Source: Tubulanus polymorphus (lineage: Eukaryota > Animalia > Nemertea). Taken from it: DNA of 64,000 nt. Where the stretch lies: positions 4,047,814 to 4,111,813 of the forward strand of contig NC_134034.1 of the NCBI RefSeq assembly GCF_964204645.1. The letters are read 5' to 3'. The notes under the pieces were generated by a model. It did not search any database and had not been told where the DNA came from. It was given only the letters and a program-made list of their open reading frames with translations. Each line of letters starts with the position of its first letter. Position 1 is the first letter of the stretch. Made by a program: the position numbers and the translations under genes. Below are positions 48,101-58,295 of this stretch, in pieces.

Positions 48101-51100
48101 AGTCGATGACTTATCAAATTGATGACTTACACTAAACGAAATTGATTAGAATTAATCCGGGACAGATACTGTACACCATTTAGGTTTTAAACGATCGTTC
48201 AAGGTTTTAGGCTCGTCTTGATGTCCGTCCTAATTGGGTTTGACGTAAATATGTTCATGTCAACCCCGATCGCCTTTGTAAAACAGCAGCCCTTGCTGTC
48301 GTTTCATTTAACCGATTGATGTCGCTAGGGTCTGTCTTCATTCAAAACAAGCGTGGCGGAACCTGGCTGTAGGGCAGAATTTTTACGAGTGAAAATCGTG
48401 AATTTTGTGCAATCGATTGAAAGCCTGGGAAAACGAAATCAGGAAACAATAGCAGCCTTTAAGGGGTTAATGTGGCACAATGCTTGATATGGTAGATTCT
48501 TTTCAAGTCAGATCCGATAAACTTGGATTAGCGTTTAACTTGTATGTAATAACAATAACAAATATGTCAGATATCATTCAAGTCGGAGAAGATTTTACTT
48601 TCCCAAAAAGGTCCAACTTGTGCGTTGCCTCCTGTACCTGTATTTTGGTAATCAGTATTTCATCGATGTTGAAATATTTGATAATTGTCTTACTATCTAT
48701 AAATACTTTTTGTCAGGACCATCTCGTTAACCACTACTTTGCTGGAATACATCATCCTGGTTGAATGAAAGATTTACGTATATCTTTATTATGATCATTA
48801 ACATTATTAGTATCTTTATGAATAAGAAATACGAAATAAATTTGGACTCAAAATTGAGATCAGTGAAATGTGATGGCTAATGATGACGATCATTTTGAAC
48901 ATCGAGCCTCTTAGCCCCTCCCCCAATTCTATATACAGTGCCCCTTCAACAAAAATGGATACGCCTCGTTTTTTTAATCACATTCTACCGTTCTCTATTG
49001 AACTAGATCGCGACGGGTAAATATGAACTAAAGCGTTACTAATTTACGTTTCGGCTAAAATTCATTCATGCATGAACTCAAATGTTTTCATTTTGCGATT
49101 TTTCTTCCTCTGCCTTTTCAATAGTTTATCGAGAAAACGTTTTTTATTTTTTGTAAACCCCGAGGGTGACGAGAACCTTATTCAGGTTCACCCGACACTT
49201 ATGTCACCGGCTTTAACGTGCATATCTATTTCCCGCATGTCCATGACCGTAAAATATGCATGACGACCGATATTGATTATTTAGACCTTATTGATTAAAA
49301 GAATTGATAACAATTAGTTTTAGATATGCTGCACCACATACGTATGCATTGATTTTAATCACAGTTTTTTCTGGAAGAAATTGTGAAATTTTTGCTTTTC
49401 ACTTGTATCTAATCGTTGCATGTTGCACACAAGAAAACGTCAAAAAATTTGTGCTACGTTTCAAGGTTTCTGTATATAATTAACTTACTCAGCCTTGAGT
49501 TATGGGATTGAAACACGGCTGTTTATATTAGCGCCTATGCATATTTCGTAGCAACAATCGGTTGTTGAAAAGTTCTAACTTATGACATGCTCTATGATTA
49601 TGGTGAGTTTTAAGGTAACCAGCTTCTGTATTTGTTCACCAGGGGAACATTGAATATTGATTTTGTCCAATTGTCAAGCATTTCACTTAGTGTGGGCATG
49701 GATTCCCTTTTATATCGAATTCGTCTTTACTTTAGTTTGCACTCAAATTCACAATTGGACATCAATATCAAAGGTCAGATGATCAAGGATTTGTTCAACA
49801 TAGCCGGTTTCCAGATCCCCTTGAAAAGCGACGTCGTTCCTCAACCATCGGAGAAAGGCGATACGAGGTAATCTTGAAACTTTTAGTTCTATATAATTTA
49901 TTAATTGAAAATGTGGCCTTCAATCTCAGTAAGACTGGTCTCATATAAACATTGAGCAGCGAGTCATTGATCATTGAACCTAAGAGTCATTGAGCCTCTC
50001 TGGACTGGTTGACCCTTTCAGCGCAGTGTATAAATCAGTGATGGACTAAGGATACACCAAACGGTGGTATTTTTAACAATTTTGAAATTATCTTGACACT
50101 TTCACGTATTAATTAATCAGCCCTGAAAGAGATTAAATGCTAGTCTGAATAACTGTGCATCGTTTATATTTTTGGCTTTCTAGTAAGAATTCGATTCCCG
50201 CTGAACTGTGTACGGATAAACGTTTGTGGTCGACGAATCTATCGCCGGATGAAAGGGCGAAACACGCTTATTACTGTCAGCGTCATAACGACGAGGTTTG
50301 TTTGAAAATTGATCTTAGTAAGAGAGTCTAGATAATTCAAAATCCATAGAAGCAAAACGGTACAAATCTCATTTTCTAATGAGTAATATATATTTATTAT
50401 AGCAAACGTTTTCGGGAGTTACATTATCCCCTCTTCAGGCATAGCGCAAATGATTGAATTTAGATATCATACTGGTATTCATATAGAATGAGACGAAGCT
50501 AATTACAAACAATTTCAAATTAATGAGTGACAAGATAATTATAATACAAAGATAGTTTATTATTTACTATCTAAAATACTGAGTGAAGATATTTGACTAG
50601 TAGTTAATTATCTAAAGACATTGAGAATGAATCCTGACCCGTGTTCGAATAGTTGTTGATTAAGGGAGGGCTGTTGAGTTTTGATAAAAAGTGCTTCTCT
50701 AATTTTGCAATCTAAATCAGAAGATCCTGTATCTAAAATTTTGAAATTCTTTTCGCTAAACGAGACCTGGCAGTCATGGCAATTTGACAGATGTTGGCCA
50801 ATTGCTGAGGTCTTAAGTTTGTGCTCCTTAACTCTTGTTACTAGGTGTCTTTTTGTTTTACCTATGAAGGCAGTGTTTATATCACTTAAACAAGTGTACT
50901 TGTAGACAACCATAGCTTTCAAGGATTTAGGAGTCGGACATTTAAGTGAAAAGAAATTCTTAATCTTAGTGGTTACGAACGAGCATTGAAGGTCTATTTG
51001 TTTGAAAATAATATTGCATTTCTGGGTTGAGATTTGACTCGCAGGTTAAAACGTCAGAACGGATCTTAACTCGCTAGCCGGGTAGACCCTGCCCAGGTGT

Positions 51101-54100
51101 ACAGTTCCACATCAAATATTTACTATCGACAGGGTGGTCACTGACCTGGAAAACTCAACGGAAAAAATCAGAAAAATTGAGGACAGAATCAAATTATCTT
51201 GAAACTTGGTCTACTGGGTTCGCAGTACTTGGCAAAAATACCCCAATCTCACTCCAAGTAATGCTGCGAATGGGCTGTTTGGGATCATTCTTTTATTAGG
51301 TACGCTTTAGGGGAGGGGGAGGGGTAACTGCAACTGCGTGCTGTAATGTGTATGAAAAAAATGGCCGATTTTCCGTACAGGGTGGGGAGGGGGTTGAAAA
51401 TTCAAATTTTATGAGTATGTAATAAATGAATGATCCCTTTCTGAAAAAGATTTCTTTCTTCGCAGCAAGTACAGTTGACATTGCTCGATACGTTGACACC
51501 GGACGACATTCGAATGTTGATCGAACTACTGGACGAAGACAGTCGCAAGGGTGGATTCCAGCGAGTATTCCCGTGTATTCATTCTCACAAATACCTGCGA
51601 TTCTTCGAGCAGCCGCGTTATTACAATCTACTCTGCGATTCTTGGGTTCGCAAGTATTACCGCACCGAGGCCAGAGGTACGTACGTTTTCAAAACATCTC
51701 CAATGTATGATGTGTATACCGGTATCATCTTCCCCCGGCAGGGATTCGAACCTGATGGCATCGTCAAAACATCTCCAATGTATGATGTGTATACCGGTAT
51801 CATCTTCCCCCGGCAGGGATTCGAACCTGATGGCATCGTCGCACTAGACCGAGTGCACAGCTACACGCGCAGCTTAGATGATGTCATTATTAGCCAATCA
51901 GATATCGCTTTCTTTTCGCCCTGGTCAGGGGCGGATCCAGACCGTATTAGCCGTATTGCCCAATACGGTCTAGAAATTTTAAGTGCCCTTCGAAATTTCA
52001 CCGGCAATATTTTTGACGGCATTATTTCAGCAACCGCTAATTCCGTGTCCGTAATCTGGGCATAATTATAAAATCATAAAATCGGTATATACTGCTGCGG
52101 AGAAAGTGAGGAGAGATAATCATATTTGTAAAACCTTTAATCATGATAAATTAAAAAGGGCACTTTCCTTTTGCAAGGGGCACTCATGCTTTAGATGAGG
52201 GCACCTTGTCCTTGCCTTTTCAGGCAGGGCTAAAGGGGCACTCGTACTTTAGAAGAGGGCACTATACGCGGAAAATGTTGAAGAAAAGGGCACTTTTTTG
52301 CCTAATTTTTAAAATTTTAGGGGCACTTTTGGTTTGGAAGATGGCACATGACATAAGGATAAATTTGAAGACGAGGCAATTTTTGCCGATTGTTAACAAT
52401 GAAGGGGCACTTAGCCGTATTCTGTATAATTGCTAAGGGGCACTTTTAAAGATTATAGGGGCACTACGTGAAGTTGGCGACAACCATTCTTTCATGGGTT
52501 CGCCAGCTTCATTTTTTATCCGCATCTGTTGAAATCTTGTCTCGAATTCGTTTATTCTGGATTGCTCTGCTAGCCTCTAGAAGCCCTCTAAAAGCCTTTA
52601 AATGGTACCATATTTTCAAAATTTTCTGGGGGTGGGCCCCGAGACCCCCCTCTAAGGACTTCGCGCCTTCGGCGCTCGCATTGACCTGGATACTGGGTGC
52701 GCCCTAAGATCAGAAAGGTGCCCTTAAATTTCCTTCCAATACTGTCTACCCATCCCCCTGGATCCGCCCCTGCCGGTTTTCCCATTTATAGTTCTTCCGG
52801 GAAATTTACCTCAGTGATTATACAACGAGCAATCTGATTGGTGCCGCAAGTTTTTGTGTGGTTGACCTGCGCATGTACCCGCGCACACGGTCTAGTGTGG
52901 CAGGGGTTCGTGCCATGGCTGAGTGCAGCGATGCCATCAGGTTTTGAATCCCTGGTAAGGGAGGATGATACTGGTATGTGTATGCACATACAGAATCTGT
53001 GCAAAACGTATTGAATTCAACTTACTCTTCAATGCAGTTTGTCTAAGTTCATGCATCCTCGCTTGCCAGGGGTTCAGTATAGCTCCCCGAACTCGCTACC
53101 ACCAGCTGCCTGACCTCACGCCGCACAATTTCATTACTGGTGCTTTTTCACATGATGCCATAAATCAACTTGCGAAATACATCCTTGTCAAGTAAAATGT
53201 TCGCTGATTGGTCCATTTAACATGAAATCCAGCAGAAGTCTAATATTATTTGTTACAAGCACTGTGATTGGCCCGACCTGATTCTGGTCGGCTAGTAACA
53301 ACTCCAACGACTCGTGAGGTCAAGGCGTTCGGGGAACGGCTTACTTAGTGGGTTCGATCCCTTGATGGTTGAAGATGAAATTCATGATGACCGCCAGCTG
53401 TCCTAAATCTAGTGTCTGGTGTTTCTATTGTGTTTGTATTGGGCTCACGTTGCACTATATTTCTCTTTCCTTCTTTTGTCGATTCATAAGTATTTCTATA
53501 AAAGCGTAGTGTATCAGATCTATATCAATAATGCATGAACATTAAAAAAAAAACTCCTGCAAAATCATTTCTGGTTTTTGCCCGTCTTCTGGCCACCTTG
53601 AAATATGTTGTATGTGTGTAGTAGGGCAGAGTTATCCGTGCGCAAATTTCTTTTTTATATGTAGCTAATAAACTTTGAAACATTGACACTTTGAAACTTA
53701 TTTCATTTTCAATTAAAGATGTCTCAGATGAAGTCTGGAAAATAACACAGAATAGTGATAGATTGTCCGATTGTCTTTCTAGGAGCTGTACGCTTAGATT
53801 CGTATTGTCAAAAATTCATCCACCGCGGAAATCCGACTACCGATCCGAACCACCAGTGGGCGCCACCCACGCTGACACCTCGTACGCAGAGCGCTCCAAT
53901 GACCAAAGCCAAAATGGACAATAGGTAAGAGAGATGAAAAAAAGAGAAAGCCATATGAACATTTGTTAGAGAAATGAGGCAAAAAGGTTACATAACCTAT
54001 GCAGCAGCTAATCTGCTACCCGCATCACAGTCTATGGGTAAGGCCTGGATGATCTGATTTTCCCAGCATGATAGTTTGTGGTGTTAGGCTAATGTGATCT

Positions 54101-54957
54101 TCAGGAGAGATAAAGGATGTCTTAACAGTCGATTTGGCAAGGATGGCATGTTAAATTTGTGAAGGGGGATGGTTGGTAGTACAGTCTGCAGATCGTCACC
54201 CGGATCAAATCAACATGATTTTTTTCGAATAATGTAGAAATCTTGACCCACTTTTAGAACTTGGGCTTTAACCCTTTGGCTTTCGGTGATGACTGAAGCT
54301 TGGAAGATAATTTGAAATAGTTTGATGAAAAAATTTAATGCTTCTATAATGCGTATACACTCCAGCGTATACACTCTGGCGCAGTGGATCGTTAGTTATT
54401 TTTATGTAACTGTGTTTGACAGCTGCTGCCATCTATCATCAAAATGCCATCTATCATAAACTTTTACGAAATAGATCAATTCACTGCAGTGTGGTGTACT
54501 AGCAAAGTCCATCAACGATTTATACACCGCATTGCGGTGTAGATGCTTAAATTGATTCATAAAACCAGGCTGGCTCATTTAGAACCGTTGACATTGGTCC
54601 AGTTCATGCGAAATCCAAGGTACATTAAAACCAGTTTGCTTCGGATGATTTTGGACTGGTTTATCAATCCAGAAATCCATTAAAAACCTTGATTAAATGC
54701 GGTTTACTGTGTTTGTTAGCTGAACTGATGTAGTTCTTAGTCTGAAGTCCCGCGATACTCGGTTGAACTGGGTCCGGAGAAGTTGAGATAGCCGTTTGGA
54801 TTTCACGTTTGAAATTTTTTGTATTTTCAGTTCCTCGACTCCGCGTCAACGCCGACGTCTGGTGAAGACGGGGCGCGCGATACCTCATTCGAATAGCCTA
54901 TCGTCGCTCGGCCTACCATCGCGACCCCCGAACCTACGCGACACGCCGAACAGTTGA
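30453..54957 (+). CDS. TTLL4: Tubulin glutamylase TTLL4, 15 coding exons, 1284 aa to the first stop: join(30453-32260,35731-35840,39200-39460,40738-40848,41295-41371,42750-42944,43746-43828,44430-44558,47031-47252,47638-47772,49736-49867,50184-50295,51466-51676,53783-53924,54831-54957)
   Basis: All introns are GT-AG with matching phases (3855 nt total). TTLL4 blocks [108 protein letters not shown]. Confidence 0.93.
35358..35605 (+). mobile_element. Palindromic Penelope-derived non-autonomous insertion with 13-bp TSD
   Basis: About 97-bp inverted arms (35358-35454 / 35475-35576). TAGTCTCTATGCT repeated at 35345-35357 and 35606-35618. Confidence 0.8.
35453..35494 (+). ncRNA. Minimal type I hammerhead ribozyme, intact
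   Basis: ACAC-CTGACGA-T-GATCTC-tagggt-GAGATC-GAAA-CG-TC-GTGT; predicted cleavage after C35490. Confidence 0.85.
35731..35840 (+). CDS. TTLL4: TTLL4 exon (acidic segment)
   Basis: Strong polypyrimidine-CAG acceptor; [28 protein letters not shown]; phases 2/1 fit the neighbours. Confidence 0.8.
35921..36087. mobile_element. Tourist-like MITE (second copy 51281-51437)
   Basis: TIR GGGG(T/G)CATTCATTT; TTA TSD. Confidence 0.75.
36375..36482. mobile_element. Small Harbinger MITE
   Basis: TIR GACCCAGT(T/G)CCACAGTT; CAG TSD. Confidence 0.75.
37475..37613 (+). mobile_element. L2-group LINE extreme 3' end
   Basis: [15 protein letters not shown], then a GCGCC..GGGTGCTAAATAAA hairpin region and an (ATT)n tail. 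Confidence 0.6.
39005..39177 (+). mobile_element. L2-group LINE extreme 3' end with (ATT)n tail
   Basis: [15 protein letters not shown] followed by a short UTR and (ATT/ATC)n at 39120-39177. Confidence 0.7.
39200..39460 (+). CDS. TTLL4: TTLL4 exon
   Basis: Ends [23 protein letters not shown]; NAGNAG acceptor CAG/AAG; phases 1/1. Confidence 0.85.
39477..39757. mobile_element. piggyBac-type MITE (relatives ~50013-50133 and ~54330-54550)
   Basis: TTAA-CCCTTTC(A/C)GTGC...GCACGGAAAGGG-TTAA. Confidence 0.8.
39940..40197. mobile_element. CAGG.GCGGATCC-type MITE, 5-bp TSD
   Basis: TIR CAGG(C/T)GCGGATCCAG; TSD CGTAG/CATAG. Confidence 0.75.
40738..40848 (+). CDS. TTLL4: TTLL4 exon
   Basis: [29 protein letters not shown]. 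Confidence 0.92.
40926..41179 (-). mobile_element. Older copy of the Penelope-derived hammerhead palindrome family
   Basis: Homologous to 35358-35605 in reverse; TSD TCTTAGGT; hammerhead core decayed (CAGATGA, AAAA). Confidence 0.6.
41295..41371 (+). CDS. TTLL4: TTLL4 exon
   Basis: [23 protein letters not shown]. Confidence 0.92.
41548..42032 (+). mobile_element. piggyBac-type MITE
   Basis: TTAA-CCCATTAGCACTC...GAGTGCTAATGGG-TTAA. Confidence 0.85.
42750..42944 (+). CDS. TTLL4: TTLL4 exon (TTL domain)
   Basis: [20 protein letters not shown]...KWIIKP. Confidence 0.95.
43746..43828 (+). CDS. TTLL4: TTLL4 exon (TTL domain)
   Basis: [28 protein letters not shown]. Confidence 0.95.
44430..44558 (+). 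CDS. TTLL4: TTLL4 exon (TTL domain)
   Basis: [38 protein letters not shown]. Confidence 0.95.
44673..44899. mobile_element. Harbinger MITE
   Basis: TIR AGCCCAACGCACA; TTA TSD. Confidence 0.75.
45136..45702. mobile_element. piggyBac-type MITE (CAC termini)
   Basis: TTAA-CACGTT(T/C)GCTGCC...GGCAGCGAACGTG-TTAA. Confidence 0.75.
46548..46999 (-). mobile_element. piggyBac-type MITE, inverted copy of 41548-42032
   Basis: TTAA flanks; colinear with the reverse complement of 41548-42032. Confidence 0.85.
47031..47252 (+). CDS. TTLL4: TTLL4 exon (TTL domain)
   Basis: [22 protein letters not shown]...[12 protein letters not shown]. Confidence 0.95.
47638..47772 (+). CDS. TTLL4: TTLL4 exon (catalytic ExN)
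   Basis: [27 protein letters not shown]. Confidence 0.95.
49736..49867 (+). CDS. TTLL4: TTLL4 exon
   Basis: [25 protein letters not shown]. Confidence 0.93.
50184..50295 (+). CDS. TTLL4: TTLL4 exon
   Basis: [20 protein letters not shown]; phases 2/0 fit. Confidence 0.85.
50340..51020 (-). mobile_element. Penelope-like retroelement 3' part: GIY-YIG endonuclease plus pseudo-LTR with hammerhead
   Basis: [49 protein letters not shown]. Downstream hammerhead GC-CTGAAGA-G-GGGA..TCCC-GAAA-ACGT-TT-GC at ~50400-50443. Confidence 0.9.
51466..51676 (+). CDS. TTLL4: TTLL4 exon
   Basis: [39 protein letters not shown]. Confidence 0.93.
51691..51840 (+). repeat. Perfect 75-bp tandem duplication at the end of a family A element
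   Basis: 51691-51765 is identical to 51766-51840. Confidence 0.95.
51780..52992. mobile_element. Family A element with a nested CAGGGGCGGATCCAG element (51926-52772, TSD CTGGT/CCGGT)
   Basis: Flanks rejoin to the reverse complement of 12398-12697; the insert is near-identical to 24137-24971. Confidence 0.8.
53053..53378 (+). mobile_element. Family B element, uninterrupted copy
   Basis: CATCCTCGCTTGCCAGGGGTTC...GGGTTCGATCCCTTGATGGTTGAAGATG; homologous to the 13406 and 24980 copies. Confidence 0.75.
53783..53924 (+). CDS. TTLL4: TTLL4 exon
   Basis: [17 protein letters not shown]; TTTCTAG acceptor, AG/GTAAGA donor; phases 1/2. Confidence 0.85.
54831..54957 (+). CDS. TTLL4: TTLL4 last coding exon up to the first stop (TGA 54955-54957)
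   Basis: Strong TTTTTTGTATTTTCAG acceptor; phase 2 gives [41 protein letters not shown]-stop. Confidence 0.8.
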
Positions 54958-55563
54958 CTAGGGGTCCGCTTGCCTCCGCTACGCGAGTTACTAACCGACA
55001 ATACGAACTACGCCGCAGCCTGTCATCAATACAACATCAACGTTCTCAAACACGACCGTCGTCTGCGTTTCCATGCATTTAACGCGGCGTCTGCTACTGC
55101 TGCTGCTACTGCTGCCAACGTCGACGCCACCGAAAACGATTACTGGACGAATGACGATACAAACTCGTGCGTCGTTCCCGCGGCGGCGGCGACTAAGCCG
55201 ACGCCGAAGAAGAAGAAGACGAAAAAGGCGAAGAAAACGGCGAAATCGAATTCGTCTTCGACTCAGTCTCGAGGCGTGTCGCAGTTTCCGAACCCGCCGT
55301 CGGAGGAAATCACCGTCAATTTCAACGACGCCGATTTCCGCGAGCATTTACGCGACGAGTTCATAACTCTGCGGCGCGACGTCGTCGGGCAGATAGATGA
55401 CCCGGCGGTGGCGCGGCGACGACGCGGTGGTGAGCAGACGGACGCCGAAGAAGACGTAGGATTGTGGGAGGAGCTAAATGAGGAGGAGGAGCTAAACAAC
55501 GCCGATCAAAATCAGGTTGTGCTTCTTACTTCGACCGGGGAAGAATATATGTACTTCCCGTAG
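54955..55563 (+). CDS. TTLL4: Putative stop-codon readthrough extension of TTLL4 (202 aa including the recoded UGA)
   Basis: TGA-CTAG context; the same frame stays open to TAG at 55561-55563; exon-like GC/CpG richness ends at that TAG. Confidence 0.65.
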
Positions 55564-56772
55564 GAAGTAGGATTCACCGGGTTGTGCTTCGTTCGTTGCC
55601 CTTGGCTTCAATTGGATTGATTAACTCACATGATTGTTGCCTTCGTTGGTTAATTCTATTAACTACACTCATCGAGCTTGAATATTATCTGTGATATTTG
55701 TTAACTCTAAACGAGCGCCTGACGGTGTCCCAGCTACGTGGACAACCAACGGGCGTAAGGTGCTAGACAGTTAGTTAAAAGAATTAGCTCAAAATTGCTC
55801 AGAGTTGCTTTGAGTTTGCTCTATTTGCGTTAAGACGAAACGGGTTGTAAAGCAGTTTCCAGGATTTTAGGGGTCCGCTCAGAGTTGCTTACGGTGATTT
55901 GTGTTAGCAGAGCTGTTTACAGGATTCCCAACTGCTCACTGTTGGTCATCGCAGTTTGCTCTCGCTAAAGAAGATACCAAGATGTGGAAAATCGCTCAGA
56001 GTTGCTCGGATTTAGTTCTAGTTGCGGTTTCAAAATTTTATGGACGATACTAAGTGCCAAATTTCATCGATTATTATTCGTGCTGCTGATATGACGAAAA
56101 ATGTGAAGGAGAATTTGGCGTTATTTTGCCTGACATTCTTTCCGTCGATTAGAAAGCGATATTTCATCGGCAAATTGTGATTTAAAAAGAATAACAACTG
56201 GATTGTATTTAAAGCGCTTTATGTCGGCAGGTTGAAACTCGACAATCAGAGGTTAAGCGGAAAAATTAGTGAACTTGAAAAACTGATATATTTGTTTATT
56301 TACTATGGAATAAAGGAGTTTTAATTTTCGTTAAAAAAAAGTTTAGCCTAATGTCTTTTTAAGTTATGTATTTTTTTCTTAATAGAGGTAGTAATAAATT
56401 TAGCGATTAATTAATGAATTTAAAACCTTATTTGAATGTTTTCAAAGGTTTACAGGTGGAGGTGTATCCCAAGATAATTTGAGTGTACGAACGTCATTTG
56501 TCAATCTATGGGTAACCTCCAACACTCCTGTGGCAAGCAAGGATTCACCAGGTTCACTAGTAGTTACTCGGTCTCCGCATTCGATTTCTGCTACATTTCA
56601 ATGGTAACCAAGTTTTCTCTTAACTAGATCAAATATTCATGAAAACTACATGTATATATATTCTATTTTCTTCCTCATCTTGTTAATATTCTTGTCACTT
56701 ATGGTCATGTAATATTGATTTAAAAGACAATAAACATTAATTGAATTGAATTGTATACCGATATCTGATTAG

Positions 56773-57320
56773 AACTAGGGGTCCAAGAATATTCAACGCC
56801 CCCTGGTGACCATATACAAAACCAATGACCTTGAAACTCACCACAATCATAGAACATGTCATGAACTACAACTTTGTAATTGATCATGGTAGCAAAACAT
56901 GCCTAGGTACCAATCTTATGAGGAAATACTAAGTTATTCTACTATTCAATGCCCCGTGGAGATCATATAGCATAACTTAATGTTCTTGAAACTCACCACA
57001 ATCATAGACGATGTGCTACAACATTGCAATTGATTGTGGTAACAAAATATGCATTGGTACAATTAATATAGAAATACTAAGATATTGTATTATACAACAC
57101 CACCTGTAGTTATAAGCTACAACTTTCTCATTCATTGTGGAACCGGTAACAAAATATGCTTATGTCGAAAAACTTTTTCCCACCTACAAATGAGTACTGA
57201 TGACACCAAGATGGCCTCCAATTGCGTCATAATTGGCTGATCAAAAATACCGGTCTCCGGTATAAAACATCCCTTTCCAAAGAATACCCATCAGCAATTG
57301 CAATGAGAAATGGCAAACGA
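56773..57320 (-). mobile_element. Truncated HINE/DINE-1-like element with 154-bp repeats
   Basis: ACTAGGGGTCC terminus, ~2.5 monomers, then homology to 59480-59640. Confidence 0.75.
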
Positions 57321-57928
57321 TGATGACATTACAGGGAAAGCCTTTCAGAAGGACATCACCAGGAGAAAGCCCTTAAGACGGGCTTTCCCAGTGATTTCCT
57401 TATCCAGATCAGGCCTATTGATTGTTCAGCCATTTTCTGTGGAAAATACAGTACTTAAAGTAAATTACATCAACGGTAAAGCATTTAAAACTTAATAAAA
57501 TGGACTCACAATCTACCGCAGAGGTTCTAATCTGGAGGTTCTAGAGGTTCTAATTTGCAGAATTGGAACGGTATTTTTACCCGTGTGATTGCTTGGTCTT
57601 AATTGGACCGGACCAAATTTAAACCGGTCTAAATTCCGTCGTGTGAATGGGGAAAACCCATGACCATGCATATCATCAACGTTGAACATGCTTACGTACT
57701 TCACAGAGTTTCATGATTTCATCTTTATCAGCCGTTTAAATAAACATTATGGTAAATCCGAGAACAAATAGATCTTCGTGCTCATAACTAAGATCAGTTG
57801 ATCCTAAGACCCATTTATTTTCTTCAGTCCTTCCAAGATGTAGTGTGGAAAATACTAGAATAGAATACCGGGTACGTATTATAAAAAATCTTTGTATTCC
57901 ATTCTCCCCGTTCCCGAATAAAGAATCG

Positions 57929-58295
57929 TTTTAGCCCACTGGGGACTTACGTCCCAGCAGGCTGTCTACGTTCACTGCTCGTCCGTCCGTCCATCCATTC
58001 TTCTGTAGACGGATTCCAGTCTTGTTGGAAAGTTTTGAAGAAGTTTTAATGGATTGTCTTGATACCAAGGCCATATATGTATCTATCTTCCCCAGACATA
58101 TTTTCAGCCCAAACACTACCTTGGCCAGAATCAAGATGGCTGACTGGCGGTCAGTTTTGTTCGCCAAAGCACTTTTTACACAAGTGAAAAGCGAAAAGCG
58201 AAATTCCACCAATTCGCCAGGTGTTACTAGTGTACATGAACGCTGGATTTCTTCTCAAACTCAATTAACCCTACAAGCACATTTCTAGTGGGCAA
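57929..58295 (+). mobile_element. Related HINE copy in the opposite orientation, lacking the tandem array
   Basis: TTTTAGCCCACTGGGGACTTACGTCCCAGCAGGCT hairpin plus (GTCC)n microsatellite. Confidence 0.7.

Noticed and set aside
51677-52065. ORF continuing from the TTLL4 exon into the intron with a duplicated peptide
   Set aside because: It reads through a good donor into a 75-bp duplication and MITE sequence. TTLL4 homology resumes at 53783.
54970-55563. Independent single-exon gene or separate exon
   Set aside because: It starts at TTG, has no in-frame ATG until the last codons and no polypyrimidine acceptor after the TGA. It is in frame with the TTLL4 last exon.
56088-56140. SECIS-like spacing (ATGA-N11-AA-N24-GA) that would make the TTLL4 UGA a selenocysteine codon
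   Set aside because: Helices I and II pair poorly by eye, the UGA is in a disordered non-catalytic region, and CUAG already explains leakiness. A SECISearch run would settle it.
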